From Armatimonadota bacterium (GTDB lineage Bacteria > Armatimonadota > UBA5829 > DTLH01), in the NCBI GenBank assembly GCA_039679675.1, contig JBDKUN010000033.1, forward strand, positions 212,279 through 276,278: a stretch of 64,000 bases of DNA. Direction: 5' to 3'. The stretch's first letter is position 1. Each line of letters begins with the position of its first letter. The notes under the pieces are model-generated. The model was not told the DNA's origin. It did not search any database and saw nothing but the letters and a program-made list of their open reading frames with translations. Shown piece by piece: positions 11,401-20,905 of the stretch. Position numbers and translations under genes: made by a program.

Positions 11401-11554
11401 TTCTGAGGTCCAGGCTCCTATGGCTACAACGGTTATAGGCGGACTTTTGACTTCCACAGCGCTTACATTGTTTGTTGTGCCGGTCGTTTACTCGCTGTTG
11501 GATGATCTTGTGGGCAAACGGAAAGATAAGGAGCAATCAGATGCTGGACAGTGA
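8426..11554 (+). CDS. RND efflux permease, AcrB/AcrD/AcrF (HAE1) family
   Basis: 1042 aa; GLIVDDAVVVLENI, GIVVKNGILLVD, RLRPILMT. Confidence 0.96.
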   Translation: MNIAKFAVSRPVAVVMQIAALVLLGIVCLMRLPVDLLPDVTMPMVSVTTQWPNVAPEEIEAQITRPIERAVSSVPGMNQVTSSSVTGSSQVRIQFCWGVDIGQAAVDVLQQVQRAQRSFPSDPTIQNPTVVKSDPNQMPIINYAVSGMDDPVKLRSLVDNQITPMLDSVDGVASATVTGGQQRGIIIDVDPYKLRAHQLSLSDITKRISQENANLPAGIAKESNTEYTIRSIGWFKSVNEIGRIPIKSFDGDLVHLSDVAGVCDSHSETRLFTRINGKPSVGISITKQSGANTISTADAVFARVKQIEKIYPNLKFDLANDQSQFIRNSVNNVRDSAIIGGILAILILLFFLRNIRSTLVVALSIPISIISTFALIYMCGFTINTMSLGGLALATGLIVDDAVVVLENIFRHIERDKKNAAEAAVSGTSEIISAVVASTWTVMVVFLPLLLIKGQAGQMYTQFALVVIFSLAVSLLDAVTVVPMLATKLISGEAHAENLANASNHPSILMRMFHRCGEWLSELDDAYSRGLRWAIHHRLWTVCGAMGVTIICLLLATQVGTELMPKTDNGTFNVSVKMPIGTALSQTNKAMTAIEKIVMKNPDVGTTMTTVGSGGNYRAGSERPYQGSVSVRLKDNRRKSTDDIIKSLRKSLGRIPGVNARPSQNDILTQMMTGGSQNVEIDIFGDDMSTLSSIAKAVMGRLRGINGLENLDINWQEAMPEIQWHLDRDKAQQLGVSFSDVADTLSTATNGDIASYYQENGFQYPIIVQLPEADRKTVSKMSDIIVKANANSPDIVLSQVASPEYGMGPSEITRMDRKRYVAVTGMPQGRSSGEISADIEKAMKGIELPAGYYWDWGTNQKQTADEFGGMALAVFLAIALIYMLLASQFESFIHPLTILLSVPLAGAGVVLGLFLTNRSFGLTAFIGVLMLVGIVVKNGILLVDYTNKLRERGIKREEALITAGRTRLRPILMTASAAILGMLPLALALGEGSEVQAPMATTVIGGLLTSTALTLFVVPVVYSLLDDLVGKRKDKEQSDAGQ

Positions 11555-12026
11555 CATATTGCAGCAGGCAAATGAGCTGGCATCGCTTATTTCCAGGCTC
11601 ATACGCACATTGTATACGCTTGAAACAGGCGATATGGCTGGGGGGCTTCCGATAGCGCAGCTTCGGGCGTGCGGCGCTCTTCTGGAAAAGCCCAGGACGA
11701 TCTCCTGTCTCAGTAAGGAACTCGGTATATCGGTAAGCGCAGGAACTCAGCTTGCCGACCGACTCGAAAAAGCCGGACTTGCGGAGCGTTTTGCCGAGCA
11801 GGGCGACAATCGAGTAAAGCATCTGCGTTTGACAGACCACGGGCGGCAGATGATCATTACTCGCCGTGGAAAGCGTGTCGAACGCACAGCCAAAGTTCTT
11901 AACGAGCTGTCTTCCGAAGACCGTAAACGGATTATTTATTATATGGAGAAGCTTTACCAGGCAGGCAAAATAACACAACAGCCGGTCGAGGACTCTCTGA
12001 CTGCTGTTGTGACCTCGTTGGATTAA
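11541..12026 (+). CDS. MarR family transcriptional regulator
   Basis: wHTH LSKELGIS...ADRLEKAGL...DNRVKHLRLTDHG; AAGGAG RBS before ATG 11541. Confidence 0.88.
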   Translation: MLDSDILQQANELASLISRLIRTLYTLETGDMAGGLPIAQLRACGALLEKPRTISCLSKELGISVSAGTQLADRLEKAGLAERFAEQGDNRVKHLRLTDHGRQMIITRRGKRVERTAKVLNELSSEDRKRIIYYMEKLYQAGKITQQPVEDSLTAVVTSLD

Positions 12027-12028
12027 TC

Positions 12029-13462
12029 ATGGGAGTAATCATGCGCAAGTGCATTCTAAAATCGTTCCAGCGGACATGTGTCTTAATCGTACCGCTGTTT
12101 ATATCCATCAACATCGGGTTTTGCTCGGATACTATGCCGGTCAAACCCAAAATAACGGAAACACCTCTTCCTGCCGAGGTGCAGTTGCCTGCACCACCGA
12201 GTATTCCGGCAGATATACCCAACCGGCCACTGACCGCGGATGAAGCTGCTGCGGTAGCGCTCTATCACCAGCCGAACATCACCGCCGCCAAAGCCGGAGT
12301 AACTGCTGCCGTGGGCAAAGTTCAGCAGGCTCAATCCGGCCTTTTACCTTCCCTCAGCACCGGCGCAGGCTATACAAACACCGTGATTTCACATACCACC
12401 GCAGGAAGCTCTGATGGTATCGGAACATCGGATGGCTTCAAATTGACAGCGAATCTAAACCAGCTATTATTTGACTTCAACCACACGAGAGATCTGGTCA
12501 GACAGGCAAACGCGCAGCAGAAATCGGCGAATGCGGGGCTTGAGAAGACCCAATCGGATGTAATCTATCAGGTGAAACAGGCATTTTACAACTATTCGCA
12601 GAACCTGCGGCTGATTGAGGTCAATGAATCGAACCTGAAGAACCAGCAGAACCATCTCGCATCCGCCCAGGCCAAGGTAGACGCCGGTTTGGGGCTTCCT
12701 ATGGATGTAGTCCGCGCTCAGACAGCAGTTGCAGACGCTACCCTCAACCTGACCATTGCCAGAAACAACGCATCGATAGCACGAGTGAACATGGCGCAGC
12801 TTATGGGTATCGATCCGAGGACTCCAATTGAGATTGCTGATTCCGGCGAACCATCGGAGCAGGCGGATGATCTAAATGCGCTTGTAGATCTCGCTATGAC
12901 AAAGCGCCCTGAAGTAAAACAGGCGGAGCATTCGATTTCAGCGGCTGGCTACGGTGTTCAGGCGGCGAAGACCAGCAATTCACCTGCGGTGAGTGCTGAT
13001 TTGGGATGGCTTGGAAAGGGGTCTACGCTTTCTACGGACCACGATTCGCTGGCCTATGGTATTACAGTGACCTGGACACTGTTCGATTCCGGCTATACAA
13101 AGGGCCGTGTAACGGAAGCCAACGCCAACCTTCAAACTGTGCAAGCGCAGATGGAAACAGTAAAGAATACCGTAACATCCGATGTCTCGCAGGCATATCT
13201 GAACCTGAAAACCGCCGAGCAGCGGATTACCACTGCCAGTGCGGAAGTTTCAAACGCAGAAGAAGCCACGCGCCTTGCCGAAGGCCGGTATTCATCGGGA
13301 CTGGGGACATTTCTGGACGTTTTGGACGCACAGAACGCTCTTCTTACAGCAAAAACCAACCAGGTAAACGCTGAATCAGCATTGAGCGTTGCCCGCGCCG
13401 GACTGAGCCACGCAACCGGATCATCAGTTGCTAAATTTCAAGGCGAACAAATGCCCAAGTAA
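12029..13462 (+). CDS. TolC family outer membrane efflux protein
   Basis: Two OEP repeats; RYSSGLGTFLDVLDAQ. Confidence 0.92.
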   Translation: MGVIMRKCILKSFQRTCVLIVPLFISINIGFCSDTMPVKPKITETPLPAEVQLPAPPSIPADIPNRPLTADEAAAVALYHQPNITAAKAGVTAAVGKVQQAQSGLLPSLSTGAGYTNTVISHTTAGSSDGIGTSDGFKLTANLNQLLFDFNHTRDLVRQANAQQKSANAGLEKTQSDVIYQVKQAFYNYSQNLRLIEVNESNLKNQQNHLASAQAKVDAGLGLPMDVVRAQTAVADATLNLTIARNNASIARVNMAQLMGIDPRTPIEIADSGEPSEQADDLNALVDLAMTKRPEVKQAEHSISAAGYGVQAAKTSNSPAVSADLGWLGKGSTLSTDHDSLAYGITVTWTLFDSGYTKGRVTEANANLQTVQAQMETVKNTVTSDVSQAYLNLKTAEQRITTASAEVSNAEEATRLAEGRYSSGLGTFLDVLDAQNALLTAKTNQVNAESALSVARAGLSHATGSSVAKFQGEQMPK

Positions 13463-13488
13463 TCTTTTCTGCATATAGTTGGGTTGTA

Positions 13489-13528
13489 AAAGAAGGCTGG
13501 GGGACTGGTTCAACCCCCGGCCTTCTTT
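13489..13528. terminator. Intrinsic terminator between convergent genes
   Basis: aaagaaggctggggg...cccccggccttcttt hairpin with A/T tails. Confidence 0.75.
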
Positions 13529-13545
13529 ATAAATATCTGCTTATT

Positions 13546-13650
13546 GTTGATTATGTCATTCTGAACGTAGTGAAGAATCTCAAAATGTCGAATAGTTGAG
13601 ATCCTTCGCCTACGGCTCAGGATGACATGCAATTTATTAATATTCAACTT
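13546..13650 (+). repeat. REP/MITE-like palindromic element, copy 1
   Basis: GTCATTCTGAACGTAGTGAAGAATCTC...GAGATCCTTCG...CAGGATGAC; near-identical inverted copy at 42668-42770. Confidence 0.85.
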
Positions 13651-13664
13651 AGCTAAGCAGTATC

Positions 13665-14120
13665 CTATTTGGGTTTTTTATCGATTAACGCAATTGAGCT
13701 TTCTTCTGACATACCAAGCACAGCAGACAGCTCTTCAGTAAGCAGCCTTTTAGCGCGCTTTAGTTGCTGCTGTTGGGTTATCTTAGGATAACGTGATTTG
13801 GGACCTATCATACCGCCTCTGATAGCGCGTGCAAGACCAATGGGATCACTCCAATTTATTGCAGCTTCTTCATCACAAAGATCGGCGTCATCGGCTTCGC
13901 CGGAGAGGATACTTATGGCTTGTTTGAGTGTTTCAGCGGTAGCCAGCGGCCGCAGTCCAAGCTGGTCTGCCGTGTCTACCGGTACAAGGATTGTCGAGGC
14001 CATAGATGGTTTAGGAATAACGTAATAATTTCGGTCCACGCCATACTCCGAACGTTCCTCAATTGATTCAATGACTCCCACACCATATCTGGGATGCAAT
14101 ACTGCTTCGCCGATTTCCAT
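13665..14120 (-). CDS. CarD-like/TRCF-domain transcription factor
   Basis: IGEAVLHPRYGVGVIESIE...ILVPV...GLRPL is the CarD RID pattern; NW motif in the C-domain. Confidence 0.8.
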   Translation of the reverse strand: MEIGEAVLHPRYGVGVIESIEERSEYGVDRNYYVIPKPSMASTILVPVDTADQLGLRPLATAETLKQAISILSGEADDADLCDEEAAINWSDPIGLARAIRGGMIGPKSRYPKITQQQQLKRAKRLLTEELSAVLGMSEESSIALIDKKPK

Positions 14121-14205
14121 TCGAGAAACCGCCCCCTTTCAAGGTTCTTGCCAGCGGCTGGTTGATAAAGACTGCATTCATAACCGGCTTGCTCGGCGCG
14201 CAACT

Positions 14206-14250
14206 CAGTTACTATAACTGATTGACAGTTATAGTGTATAATTATATAGT
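14206..14250 (+). promoter_or_regulatory. sigma70 promoter with adjacent palindromic operator upstream of MarR
   Basis: TTGACA(14222)-17 nt-TATAGT(14245); palindrome CAGTTA-CTA-TAACTG at 14206-14220. Confidence 0.65.
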
Positions 14251-14286
14251 ATAAGTATATAACATTTTGAGGTAAATAAGCAAGGT

Positions 14287-14727
14287 ATGGTAGACGATAT
14301 AATTGACGCACTTGAAACAGCAAAGGAAGCCTGTAAACTTTTGCCGCCGGTACTGCCGAATATGAAGCCGGTCCATTTTCGTGTTTTAAATGCACTTTAC
14401 CGAATCCGCGATGACTCCGCAAGTTCACGCATATCGGATATAAGCAAGGTATTAGGCTTTTTGCTTCCCAATACAACAAAACTGATCAACGAAATGGTCG
14501 AGCTGAACATCGTCGAAAAATTTACTATGCCTTCCGACAAGCGCGTCGTATTGGTAAGGACAACCGACGTTGGCGAGAAATACCTTCAAGGCTGTGTCTT
14601 GGCATATCGTAAACGTCTGCAGGAGGAGTTTTCCAAACTAAATGAATCTGACTGCATAACGATGATCGAGACTATCAATAAGATCCACAAGATACTGAAA
14701 CAGATCTATGAGAGCGAAATGCAGTGA
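14287..14727 (+). CDS. MarR family transcriptional regulator
   Basis: RISDISKVLG...TTKLINEMVE...SDKRVVLVRTTDVG. Confidence 0.88.
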   Translation: MVDDIIDALETAKEACKLLPPVLPNMKPVHFRVLNALYRIRDDSASSRISDISKVLGFLLPNTTKLINEMVELNIVEKFTMPSDKRVVLVRTTDVGEKYLQGCVLAYRKRLQEEFSKLNESDCITMIETINKIHKILKQIYESEMQ

Positions 14728-14895
14728 GGATTTGAATGGGTTGTCGTCTATTGATATTTAAAACGGAGATAGTCTTTCATTTGTAAAATACGATCAGTTT
14801 TCTGGCCTGCTATACAGCCATTCTAAACCGGATGAACACTGATATAATACGAAAAAATACGAGCCAAAACAGCAGATAGAGAGTAGAATATATCA

Positions 14896-16314
14896 GTGCA
14901 AACCCATAAACCTGAAACAACCGGTCCGAGAGCGAACCGTTGGAAAATATTAGCCGCGACATTGTTCGTCCTTATTATGACTCCACTTGATGGGACCTCC
15001 GTAAATGTTGCCATCCCGATCATGCAAAGGGAATTTCATATTGCCCTTTCTCAGGTAGCATGGGTCTCACTTGTTTATCTTCTGGTGTGTACCAGCTTCA
15101 TCCTGCCGTTCGGACGGGTGGGGGATATTTGGGGGTTTCGGCGGGTTTTCCTCGCCGGGGCATTTATATTTGTCTTATCGTCCGCAATGTGCGGGTTTTC
15201 CCCTGCGTTCCATTGGCTCATCATCGGACGCACGATACAGGGAATTGGCGCATGCATGCTCATGTCGGTCAGTTCCGCGTTGACCACGGCCATTTTTCCC
15301 AGCAATGAACGGGGCAGGGCGCTTGGAGTAGTGGGGATGGTGATTGCGATAGGAGCAATCATTGGTCCATCACTCGGCGGATTCCTTACCAGCATCGGCG
15401 GGTGGCGGCTGATATTCCTCATCAATCTGCCTATCGGCATAATCGGGCTGATCTTGTGCAATAAGATGGTGCCGGAAATCAGGATGGATAAAGGAAGCAA
15501 GATTGACTGGGCAGGAGCCATCCTGCTTGTCCTTTCGCTCGGCAGTTTTATGCTTGCAGTCACCCAGGGTGAGCACTGGGGCTGGAAGTCGGCCCCTGTC
15601 CTGGGCCTGATAGCACTGTGGCTGGTATTGGGAACGGCATTCTTTGTTTTTGAGTCGAGATCAGCATCGCCGATATTGGACCTGAGCCTTTTCAAACATC
15701 CGACATTTACTGGAGCGAATGTTGCTCTTACAATGAACTTCATGAGCCAATTCTGCGTGACGTTTCTAGTCCCGAAATACCTGATGGACGGAATGCACCT
15801 GTCTGTTGCTCATACAGGACTTGTAATGATGGCATCTCCGGCAGTTATTTTCGCCATCGCCCCTCTGAGCGGTGCATTGTCCGACCGCATAGGCACGCGT
15901 CCACTCGCAATAATGGGTGAATTGCTTGTCACATCCGGGCTGGCGAGCCTGGCCTTTATAGTTCCATGCAAAAACATAGCATATGTAGTTGTCTCGCTCC
16001 TTCTGGTGGGAATCGGTGCAGGGCTTTTTCAGTCGCCGAATAATAGCGCGATTATGGGCAGCGTTCCCCGCGCCCGGCTTGGAACGGGGAGTGCAGTGCT
16101 GGCTGCCATGAGAAATTTGGGGATGGCACTCGGCATAACCGTAAGCAGCGTGTCTGCAACACTTGGAATGAACCATTTCTTAAGGACTCATTCGAGTATG
16201 ATGGCCCAATCCTTGTTCTTCGGCATTCGTTTTGCATTCTTCACCGGAGCAGCGTTCGCATTTTTGGGCGTCTTGACAAGTGCGATACGCCCTGACACAA
16301 ATATTGCCGCGTAA
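14896..16314 (+). CDS. MFS DHA2 (EmrB/QacA) drug-efflux transporter
   Basis: LDGTSVNVAIP, motif A GRVGDIWGFRR, motif C IGPSLGG, FQSPNN. Confidence 0.93.
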   Translation: MQTHKPETTGPRANRWKILAATLFVLIMTPLDGTSVNVAIPIMQREFHIALSQVAWVSLVYLLVCTSFILPFGRVGDIWGFRRVFLAGAFIFVLSSAMCGFSPAFHWLIIGRTIQGIGACMLMSVSSALTTAIFPSNERGRALGVVGMVIAIGAIIGPSLGGFLTSIGGWRLIFLINLPIGIIGLILCNKMVPEIRMDKGSKIDWAGAILLVLSLGSFMLAVTQGEHWGWKSAPVLGLIALWLVLGTAFFVFESRSASPILDLSLFKHPTFTGANVALTMNFMSQFCVTFLVPKYLMDGMHLSVAHTGLVMMASPAVIFAIAPLSGALSDRIGTRPLAIMGELLVTSGLASLAFIVPCKNIAYVVVSLLLVGIGAGLFQSPNNSAIMGSVPRARLGTGSAVLAAMRNLGMALGITVSSVSATLGMNHFLRTHSSMMAQSLFFGIRFAFFTGAAFAFLGVLTSAIRPDTNIAA

Positions 16315-16348
16315 ATAGTCACACATTGAATATTCTGGAGAAAGCAGT

Positions 16349-17464
16349 ATGAGTAAATTAGGATTCGGGTTGATGCGTTTACCGGTAACGGTAGAAGGAG
16401 ATCCGAAAAGCATCGATCAGGAACTTGTAAACAAGATGGTGGACTACTATCTGGAGAAGGGGTTTACATATTTCGATACGGCGTACCCATACCACCAGGG
16501 AATGAGCGAGGTTGCCGCAAGAAAGGCTATTGTAGAGAGGCATCCAAGGGAATCATTCACGTTAGCAGACAAAATGCCGACCTTTTTCGTAACGTCCGGC
16601 GCGGATTATCAGAGATTCTTCGATGAGCAGCTGGAAAGATGCGGTGTTCAGTATTTTGATTATTATCTGCTGCATACTCTGGGTGCGAGGCTCTACGCAG
16701 GTACTCTGGAATACGGCGGCTTTGACTTTATGAAGAAGCTGAAAGCCGAAGGAAAGGCAAAACACATCGGCTTTTCTTATCATGACAAGGCAGAACTGCT
16801 GGACAGGATACTGACGGAGCATCCTGAGATGGAGTTCGTTCAGCTTCAGATAAACTACATAGACTGGGACAACACGAGCATCGAGTCCAGAAAATGCTAC
16901 GATGTGGCGACAAAGCATAATAAGCCCGTCATTGTCATGGAACCCGTCAAAGGTGGCTCGCTTACTCATCTACCAGCTGAAGCGAACAAGATGTTTAGGG
17001 CTTATCACCCGGATATGAGTGCGGCATCATGGGCAATCCGCTTTGCGGCCTCTCTGGATAACGTTTTTATGGTGCTTAGCGGCATGAGCAGCTTTGAACA
17101 GGTAGTAGACAACACAAGCTATATGCAGGATATGGCGCTTTTGAATGACGAAGAGAAGGAAATCATCAAGAAGGCAACCGCGATAATCAACAGCAGCATT
17201 GCAATCCCCTGTACGGCGTGCCAGTATTGCGTGGACGGCTGTCCTCAGAAGATACCGATCTCGAAGTATTTCTCCTTATATAATGACCAGAACCGGTTCA
17301 AACTTGTACCTGCACATATGAATTATTATACGAATCTAGCGCATGATTTCGGAAAGGCTTCGGACTGCATCGGCTGCAAGCAGTGTGAAGAGCACTGTCC
17401 GCAGAAGATAGACATTGTGGAGCAGTTGAAAGAAGTGGCTAAGGTATTTGATGTCAGCAGATAG
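16349..17464 (+). CDS. Aldo/keto reductase with C-terminal 4Fe-4S dicluster
   Basis: LGFGLMRLP, YFDTAYPY, MEPVKGG; CTACQYC..CP and CIGCKQCEEHCP. Confidence 0.93.
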   Translation: MSKLGFGLMRLPVTVEGDPKSIDQELVNKMVDYYLEKGFTYFDTAYPYHQGMSEVAARKAIVERHPRESFTLADKMPTFFVTSGADYQRFFDEQLERCGVQYFDYYLLHTLGARLYAGTLEYGGFDFMKKLKAEGKAKHIGFSYHDKAELLDRILTEHPEMEFVQLQINYIDWDNTSIESRKCYDVATKHNKPVIVMEPVKGGSLTHLPAEANKMFRAYHPDMSAASWAIRFAASLDNVFMVLSGMSSFEQVVDNTSYMQDMALLNDEEKEIIKKATAIINSSIAIPCTACQYCVDGCPQKIPISKYFSLYNDQNRFKLVPAHMNYYTNLAHDFGKASDCIGCKQCEEHCPQKIDIVEQLKEVAKVFDVSR

Positions 17465-17474
17465 TTGTTGATTC

Positions 17475-17517
17475 CATGCACAAGACGGACGTCAGCAGAC
17501 TGTCCGTCTTGTGCATG
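17475..17517. terminator. Long perfect hairpin between convergent genes
   Basis: catgcacaagacggac-loop-gtccgtcttgtgcatg. Confidence 0.65.
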
Positions 17518-17566
17518 ATTTTGAAGGCGATCTACCTCTTAAAACGCATAAAAGGCAGAGCAATTT

Positions 17567-19177
17567 CTACGTATTTTTCAGTTTTCTCCAAAGCGTTGTC
17601 AATCCAATTCCAAGCATTTCGGCGGCACGTGTTTTATTGCCTCTCACACTTCTCATTACTGATCTTATATGTTCTTGTTCTACCTGGGCTAAGGTCTGGC
17701 ATTTAGCTAAATCGGGTTGTGAGTTGGTTCCGAGGATGTATTCGGGCAGGTATTCTGGAGTAATCACACCCTTTTTCGCCAGCAGCGCAGCTCTGGTGAT
17801 AACATATTCCAACTCGCGGGCATTCCCTGGCCAATCGTAGTCTAGAAGATAGTCCAGGCATGTTACATCCAGTCTTTTACTGTGCAGGTTAAGCTTGCCG
17901 CATTGGTCTTTCAAAATTGCCCGAGCCACAGGCAGGATATCCTCTCTGCGATTCCGAAGCGGAGGAATATTTATTTCCATTGTGCCCAGACGGTAGTAAA
18001 GCTCACTGCGAAACTTTCCCTGCCTGACCAGTTCGGCCAAATCAGTCTCACTGGCAGCAATGATCCTTACGTTCGTCTGCCTTGGTGCGTTTTCGCCCAA
18101 GCGCACGACTTCATCAGACTCTATGACGCGCAGTATCTTTAGTTGTGTTGCCGGGGATAGGTGTTCGATCTCATCAATGAACACGGTGCTCCCATTGTTT
18201 ACTTCAAGCAAACCTTCTTTTTCTTTGTCAGCTCCGGGAAATGCACCGGCCGCGTGTCCAAAGAGTTCGCTGTCTAAAAGTGTTCCCGACAGGACACCGC
18301 AGTTCACAACTTTGAGCGGCACTGATGCACTAGGCGACAATCGATGGATCATACGAGCTATATAATGCTTTCCTACACCGGGTTCTCCTGTTATAAGGAC
18401 CGGAGATGTGAGCGGTGCAGCCTGCGTTACACGTTCGATTATCCGTTTGTAAGACTCACTGCAGCCGGCAGGCGCTCCTGCTCCGCCGTAGCTTCGATGT
18501 CTATCCGAACTCTGTTTCCTCTGACCTTCAAGCTCGGCGTTCTTCTGCATTAGTTCCGCGGTCAGCCTTTCAATCTTACCCTGAATGTCATCCGACTGGA
18601 AGTAAGGTAGATAGGCTTCCAATTCCGTGCCCCACGTGTCTACATCTGCTCCAATCGCTATACAATGATCATCTCCCTTGCCTTTACAATCACGTTCGAT
18701 GAAGTATATTGGCTTATCAACACAGCACGACACATATCCGCTAGAATAGCCTATGTTAATCCAGCACACGGGATGGTCCGTAATACCGATTTCATCTATG
18801 AAGCATTCGGCCGCTCCTGAATTATGCCAGATTACCTCAAATCGGTAGCGGCCGTTTTCGTTGTCCATCAAGGGAGCCGTGCCGACTACCTTTCCGATTC
18901 CCTGCATGCTCTGCAGTCGTATTCCTGCCTTCAGTAATTCTTCCAGGCTGTCCCATTTGAAGAGTCGTTTCATCGCCTGTGCATCAGCCTGCCCCCAGAA
19001 GTAACCATACCTCGTAAGTATTCGCCGGGCTTGTTCAATACCGACCATGTCCAGCAGATCCTTTATAAACTGAGAGACTGCCCGCAAATCGTTTACCAGC
19101 AAACGGCGGTCCAGAAACATAAGTTGTCCTTTGGAGAAGCCTACCAGTTCATTTAGTTTAAGGTCTGATGCTCTCAT
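17567..19177 (-). CDS. XylR/DmpR-type enhancer-binding protein (XylR_N-V4R-AAA+-HTH)
   Basis: N-terminal DRRLL...GYFWGQADA; V4R CW..GYSSGY...C.GKGDDHC; Walker A GEPGVGK, Walker B FIDEI, WPGNAREL; C-terminal Fis HTH. Confidence 0.9.
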   Translation of the reverse strand: MRASDLKLNELVGFSKGQLMFLDRRLLVNDLRAVSQFIKDLLDMVGIEQARRILTRYGYFWGQADAQAMKRLFKWDSLEELLKAGIRLQSMQGIGKVVGTAPLMDNENGRYRFEVIWHNSGAAECFIDEIGITDHPVCWINIGYSSGYVSCCVDKPIYFIERDCKGKGDDHCIAIGADVDTWGTELEAYLPYFQSDDIQGKIERLTAELMQKNAELEGQRKQSSDRHRSYGGAGAPAGCSESYKRIIERVTQAAPLTSPVLITGEPGVGKHYIARMIHRLSPSASVPLKVVNCGVLSGTLLDSELFGHAAGAFPGADKEKEGLLEVNNGSTVFIDEIEHLSPATQLKILRVIESDEVVRLGENAPRQTNVRIIAASETDLAELVRQGKFRSELYYRLGTMEINIPPLRNRREDILPVARAILKDQCGKLNLHSKRLDVTCLDYLLDYDWPGNARELEYVITRAALLAKKGVITPEYLPEYILGTNSQPDLAKCQTLAQVEQEHIRSVMRSVRGNKTRAAEMLGIGLTTLWRKLKNT

Positions 19178-19306
19178 TATTCCGCCTCCTGGCTATTTCA
19201 TAATGACATTATAAGAATATCAATATGAAATAGCAATTTGCCGTGTTTCGAATGCTGTGATACCATAAACTTGTAAGCCAAAGCAGGCATAATATTGGAG
19301 GCTAAC

Positions 19307-19498
19307 ATGGATGATGGTGAACTGGCCGCAGCATTCTATGGTTCGGCCAAAATCGGAAAACGAGGGCAGGTAATAATCCCCGCCAATGCACGTGTAGACC
19401 TTGAGATCAAAGAGGGAGACCGGCTGTTTTTCGTGAGGCACCCGGTATCAAAGGCCATCGTTCTTATGAAGATCGATGCTTTGAAGGATTTTTCTTAG
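19307..19498 (+). CDS. AbrB/MazE/SpoVT family DNA-binding protein
   Basis: FYGSAKIGKRGQVIIPANARVDLEIKEGDRL; GGAGG RBS. Confidence 0.85.
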   Translation: MDDGELAAAFYGSAKIGKRGQVIIPANARVDLEIKEGDRLFFVRHPVSKAIVLMKIDALKDFS

Positions 19499-19540
19499 CA
19501 TATGCTAAATCAATACAAATTGTTGTTGGAGCCGTGTTTC

Positions 19541-20905
19541 ATGAAAAAGATAATCTTACTGGTTTTAGCTGCGCTTTCTATCACAATACCAGCATACGCG
19601 GATACCGATACTCCTATAGCACTTGACTTCGCCAGTGTAACAGATATGGCGGCGAGCCGAAGCCTGGTTGTGAGCTCCGCCAAACAGAATATCGAGACCG
19701 GGCGTCAGGCACTAAAAGAGGCTAAGGGTTACCAATCCGGTAAAATCGGAGTATCAGCTGAATATCTGAGGCTGAACGACATTATCTCCATTACCAGCCC
19801 TTCAGTAACCATTCCAGCCGGGGTGCCGGTGTTGGGTGGACAATCATTGGCGGTGCCGCCCGTTGAGGTTGCTCCTCAGGACCTGATACATTTGAGACTG
19901 GAAGCCGGTTATCCAATCTATACAAGCGGCATGTTGGACTATGCAGCAGCCCAGGCGGAAGCCGGAGTGAATGCTTACGAAGCGCTTGCCGGTGACACAA
20001 CCTCAAATGTAGTATATCAAGCCAACTCGACATTTCTTGCAGCTCTTTTGACCAGGCAGGTTGTAGACGTTAATCAACAGGCACTTGACTCATATAAAAA
20101 GCATCTAGCTGATGCTCAAAAGGCTTACACCGCAGGTGTGGTCGCCAAATACGATGTCATACGCGCCGAGACAGCTGTAAAAGAGCAGGAAAAACGGCTC
20201 ACAGAAGCAGAAAACCAGCACAAACTTGCACTCGCGGCACTCCGCACTGCATTGCTCCTGCCTCAAGATACTCCGCTCGAACTAAAGGCCGGTTTGCGCG
20301 AGGTATCGGAACCGTTACCGCTTTCGCAGGCTCAAGACCAGGCTATGAGCGAGAACGACTTGCTGAAGGCTCTTGGTTTCAAGGCACAAGCACAGAAATC
20401 AGCAGAGATGTTCGAAAAAGCCAGCGCGAAGCCTCAGGTGACCGGCGTGAGTGAAGCCGAACTGCTTAGAGGCAATATAGCTCAAACAGACCCGGCATGG
20501 GCTGTCGGCGTAAAAGTGACAATGGATATATTCAACGGCGGAGTGACCAAGGCCAAAGCCGCTCAGAAAGCGTCGGAGCAAAAGCAAACGCTTCTGGACA
20601 AAGAAGAAGCTCAAAACCAGATCAAGCTGGCTATTCAGAGCGCATATCTCGATATGGATTCGGCAAAAAGCGCGCTTGAATCATCGAAAAAGGCAAAGGA
20701 ACTGGCCCAGGAAAGTCTCAGGCTAGCTGCAAAGCGGTTTGAAGTCGGTACAGGCACAAGCCTGGAAGTGCTTGACGCAAACGTAGTACTATCATCTGCC
20801 GATTTAGGCATATGCCAATCCACCTATATACTGGAGCGGGCGTACCTGACTCTGCATCGGTATATGGGTGACATAATCAAGGTGAGCAAGGAGATGAAAA
20901 AGTGA
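19541..20905 (+). CDS. TolC family outer membrane efflux protein
   Basis: Signal peptide, OEP repeats, RFEVGTGTSLEVLDA. Confidence 0.9.
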   Translation: MKKIILLVLAALSITIPAYADTDTPIALDFASVTDMAASRSLVVSSAKQNIETGRQALKEAKGYQSGKIGVSAEYLRLNDIISITSPSVTIPAGVPVLGGQSLAVPPVEVAPQDLIHLRLEAGYPIYTSGMLDYAAAQAEAGVNAYEALAGDTTSNVVYQANSTFLAALLTRQVVDVNQQALDSYKKHLADAQKAYTAGVVAKYDVIRAETAVKEQEKRLTEAENQHKLALAALRTALLLPQDTPLELKAGLREVSEPLPLSQAQDQAMSENDLLKALGFKAQAQKSAEMFEKASAKPQVTGVSEAELLRGNIAQTDPAWAVGVKVTMDIFNGGVTKAKAAQKASEQKQTLLDKEEAQNQIKLAIQSAYLDMDSAKSALESSKKAKELAQESLRLAAKRFEVGTGTSLEVLDANVVLSSADLGICQSTYILERAYLTLHRYMGDIIKVSKEMKK

